64,000 bases of DNA from an uncultured delta proteobacterium (lineage in GTDB: Bacteria; Desulfobacterota; WTBG01): the NCBI GenBank assembly GCA_963793865.1, contig CAWCBP010000001.1, forward strand, positions 736,001 to 800,000, written 5' to 3'. The notes under the pieces were generated by a model that saw nothing but the letters and a program-made list of their open reading frames with translations, did not search any database and was not told the origin of the DNA. Shown in pieces: positions 61,980-64,000 of the stretch (within the stretch, counting starts at the first letter, position 1; every line of letters begins with the position of its first letter). The translations under genes were made by a program, and so were the position numbers.

Positions 61980-63749
61980 ATGGTTAAGTGCTGCGTGTTT
62001 ACATGGCTCTTGGTTATGATTTTCTGTATGCAGGGTTGCGGTGCGCTTTTCCAGAAAGACAGGGCATTGAGAGAATTTCAGCTGCAGGAGGAGCAGTACA
62101 AGCCCTACAAGCTTCAGAACTCCATAGAGGGATACCGGGAGTTTATTGCACGCTACCCGAAAAACACCTTTGTGAGTGAAGCGACGCAGCAGATTGAAAA
62201 TCTGGAATTTACCCCCTACGAGCAGGAGGACAGCGTCGAAGGGTATATGGAGTTTAATTTGCTCTATCCTGAAAACCGCCACCGTTCTAAGGCCTCTCTT
62301 AAAATAGAGCAATCAGAGTTAAAGAGGTATGAAAAAATTGATACTGTTGCCGGATACAGGGAATATCTTGCGAAATATCCGGAGAGCAATTTTGCTATTT
62401 TGGCCAAGGAGCGGCTGCAGGAGCTGGAGTTTCGTGAATTTGATAAGACGCTGAACGAACAATACGGGTTCGATCTGTTAGCCTACCGGCTGCAGCTGAG
62501 GCGATCGAAAAAAACCCTCGAAACGAAAGATGGATTCGATATGGGTGCATTCACCTGTTTTTCCTCTTTTAACTCTCACCAGGGAAAACGGTATTTTCAT
62601 ACGCAGCTCATTTACCCGAGCGATATCGCTTATCGCACCGGTTCGTCTGACACGCTGCGAAGAAATTTCTTTGACCGGCTTTTTTCGCAGTCACTGATAT
62701 ATCTCAACAAGAACTTTGCCCGCAAAGATATTATTGACGGATTCAGCTTTGATATTTCGTGGACGCCGAGTTCCTATCACGGGGACAGGAAGGTTGTATG
62801 GGAATATTATTTTCCCCGCGATGGGATTGAGCGCTACGCACAGGGGATGCTGGACGGAAATGCCCTTATGGCGCAGACTCAGATAATTACCCCGGTACAA
62901 GCTGCTGCAGATGAAATCGTTTACCAGCCGGGGACTAAACCTCTTACTGAAATGCCAAAGCAGAGCATGGTCCATCCGGAGAAACTGGATGGCGCAGACA
63001 TTATGACCATGGTTTCTGAGCGCGATCAGGGGGAAGACTCCATTATCGCCTCGTCCTGGCAGCGGGGCCGGCACAGCATGAAGGCTATGGTGAAAAGGAA
63101 ATGCTATAAGACCGCGGATGAATTCGTTGATAAGGCTGTTTCACGCTATATTGAACCGCCATCGCATTATGGGAACAGTATTTTGGTGTGGAATTACAGG
63201 AGCAGGGAAAAGGCATTCTGGCACAAATCATTTCATAGAGGTCCGGAACGCGTTACGGATGCCGAACGATTCAGACCGCCGGCAGAATCTGATTTTAGTC
63301 TCAGCGATTACCTGGACAGTTCTGTCTCGAAAGAAAAACATGAACTGTTACGACGTGAGGAGTGGGCGGGCAGGCATTGTTTTGTCATCCAAAGCACACC
63401 ATTGGGGAAAGAGACTCAATACGGGAAGCGGGTGAGCTGGATAGACCAAAGTCATTTCATCCCCTTAAAGATTGAATATTGGAACAGGGAAGGAAAACCC
63501 TGGAAGATTTTGAGTATCGAATGGCAAAATAATTTTGGCTTCATGTTTTGGAAGAAGGCAACAGTCGAAAACGTGCTGACTGCAGAAAAGACATATATTA
63601 CCATTGATGATGTTCGCGTTAATCAGGGGTTCAACGATACAGAATTTACCATACAGGGCTGGAACGGCAAAAACACGGATTGTAAATTAATCAGCATTAG
63701 TCTTTGTCGCCACCGACATTCTTGTTTATGCTTGACAAGCCACGGATGA
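61980..63749 (+). CDS. Lipoprotein with YxxFxxxYP repeats and C-terminal LolA-like (lipoprotein-sorting) domain
   Basis: Lipobox MQGC; GYREFIARYP/GYREYLAKYP; SDFSLSD, YGKRVSWID..KIEYW; true stop is probably near 63685 after a frameshift. Confidence 0.75.
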   Translation: MVKCCVFTWLLVMIFCMQGCGALFQKDRALREFQLQEEQYKPYKLQNSIEGYREFIARYPKNTFVSEATQQIENLEFTPYEQEDSVEGYMEFNLLYPENRHRSKASLKIEQSELKRYEKIDTVAGYREYLAKYPESNFAILAKERLQELEFREFDKTLNEQYGFDLLAYRLQLRRSKKTLETKDGFDMGAFTCFSSFNSHQGKRYFHTQLIYPSDIAYRTGSSDTLRRNFFDRLFSQSLIYLNKNFARKDIIDGFSFDISWTPSSYHGDRKVVWEYYFPRDGIERYAQGMLDGNALMAQTQIITPVQAAADEIVYQPGTKPLTEMPKQSMVHPEKLDGADIMTMVSERDQGEDSIIASSWQRGRHSMKAMVKRKCYKTADEFVDKAVSRYIEPPSHYGNSILVWNYRSREKAFWHKSFHRGPERVTDAERFRPPAESDFSLSDYLDSSVSKEKHELLRREEWAGRHCFVIQSTPLGKETQYGKRVSWIDQSHFIPLKIEYWNREGKPWKILSIEWQNNFGFMFWKKATVENVLTAEKTYITIDDVRVNQGFNDTEFTIQGWNGKNTDCKLISISLCRHRHSCLCLTSHG

Positions 63750-63883
63750 TATATTATTAATTCTATTAAATAGGAATTATTATTAGTAAGGTAATATGAT
63801 AAACATTTAAAATAATCGGGTTAAGACCCCATGCCTCCTGGGGGCACCACGAATAATGAAAATTGGTTTCAGTACTTTGTTTT

Positions 63884-63968
63884 CCCCTCACCTCAATCCT
63901 CTCCCCCAAGGGAGAGGAGGTTAAATAGGTTCCCTCTACCCCCTGGGGAGAGGGTTAGGGAGAGGGGG
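63884..63968. repeat. REP-like inverted repeat (CCCCTCACC..CCTCTCCC / GGGAGAGGG..GGGAGAGGGG)
   Basis: Two facing GC-rich hairpins in the intergenic region. Confidence 0.6.
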
Positions 63969-64000
63969 CAGCCTAAATCTATTTTCGTATGACAAGAGTT

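Noticed and set aside
57191..63749. Canonical Tol-Pal, TonB uptake or myxobacterial Agl-Glt gliding locus
   Set aside because: No TolB, Pal, TonB C-terminal domain, receptor or recognisable Glt genes in the window.

Overview
This 64 kb window looks like chromosomal DNA from an anaerobic, probably Desulfobacterota/deltaproteobacterial, organism (inferred from gene content). It has no rRNA, tRNA, CRISPR array or transposase gene. The left end holds a minus-strand operon in which an NuoEFG/HydABC-like (Bfu-type) flavin/Fe-S complex is interleaved with two paralogous Cache-sensor histidine kinases. Its large subunit is FDH-like but lacks the catalytic residues, and an ACT-domain malic enzyme lies upstream. 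Next come an RHH microprotein + SsuABC-like ABC transporter + OprO/P porin operon and an exported redox trio, including a redoxin-redoxin-FMN-binding protein. Housekeeping genes follow (rpoZ, prmA, queE, nadB, pgeF, mltB-like, mutS2, tsaD). A second, divergent NuoEFG-like module is coupled to a ferredoxin and a geranylgeranyl-reductase-like flavoprotein, and is followed by a PadR regulator and a membrane-anchored ferrochelatase-like protein. The right side carries a Tad/Flp pilus locus with four tandem pilins under a sigma54 promoter, three stand-alone PilZ proteins, and an ExbB/ExbD motor operon whose apparent partner is a SxxxH-anchored vWA protein rather than TonB. Several REP/MITE-like repeats are present. 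About 15 genes carry single-base frameshifts, many at homopolymers, which most likely reflect long-read assembly error rather than real pseudogenes. All family assignments come from visual motif recognition, not database searches.
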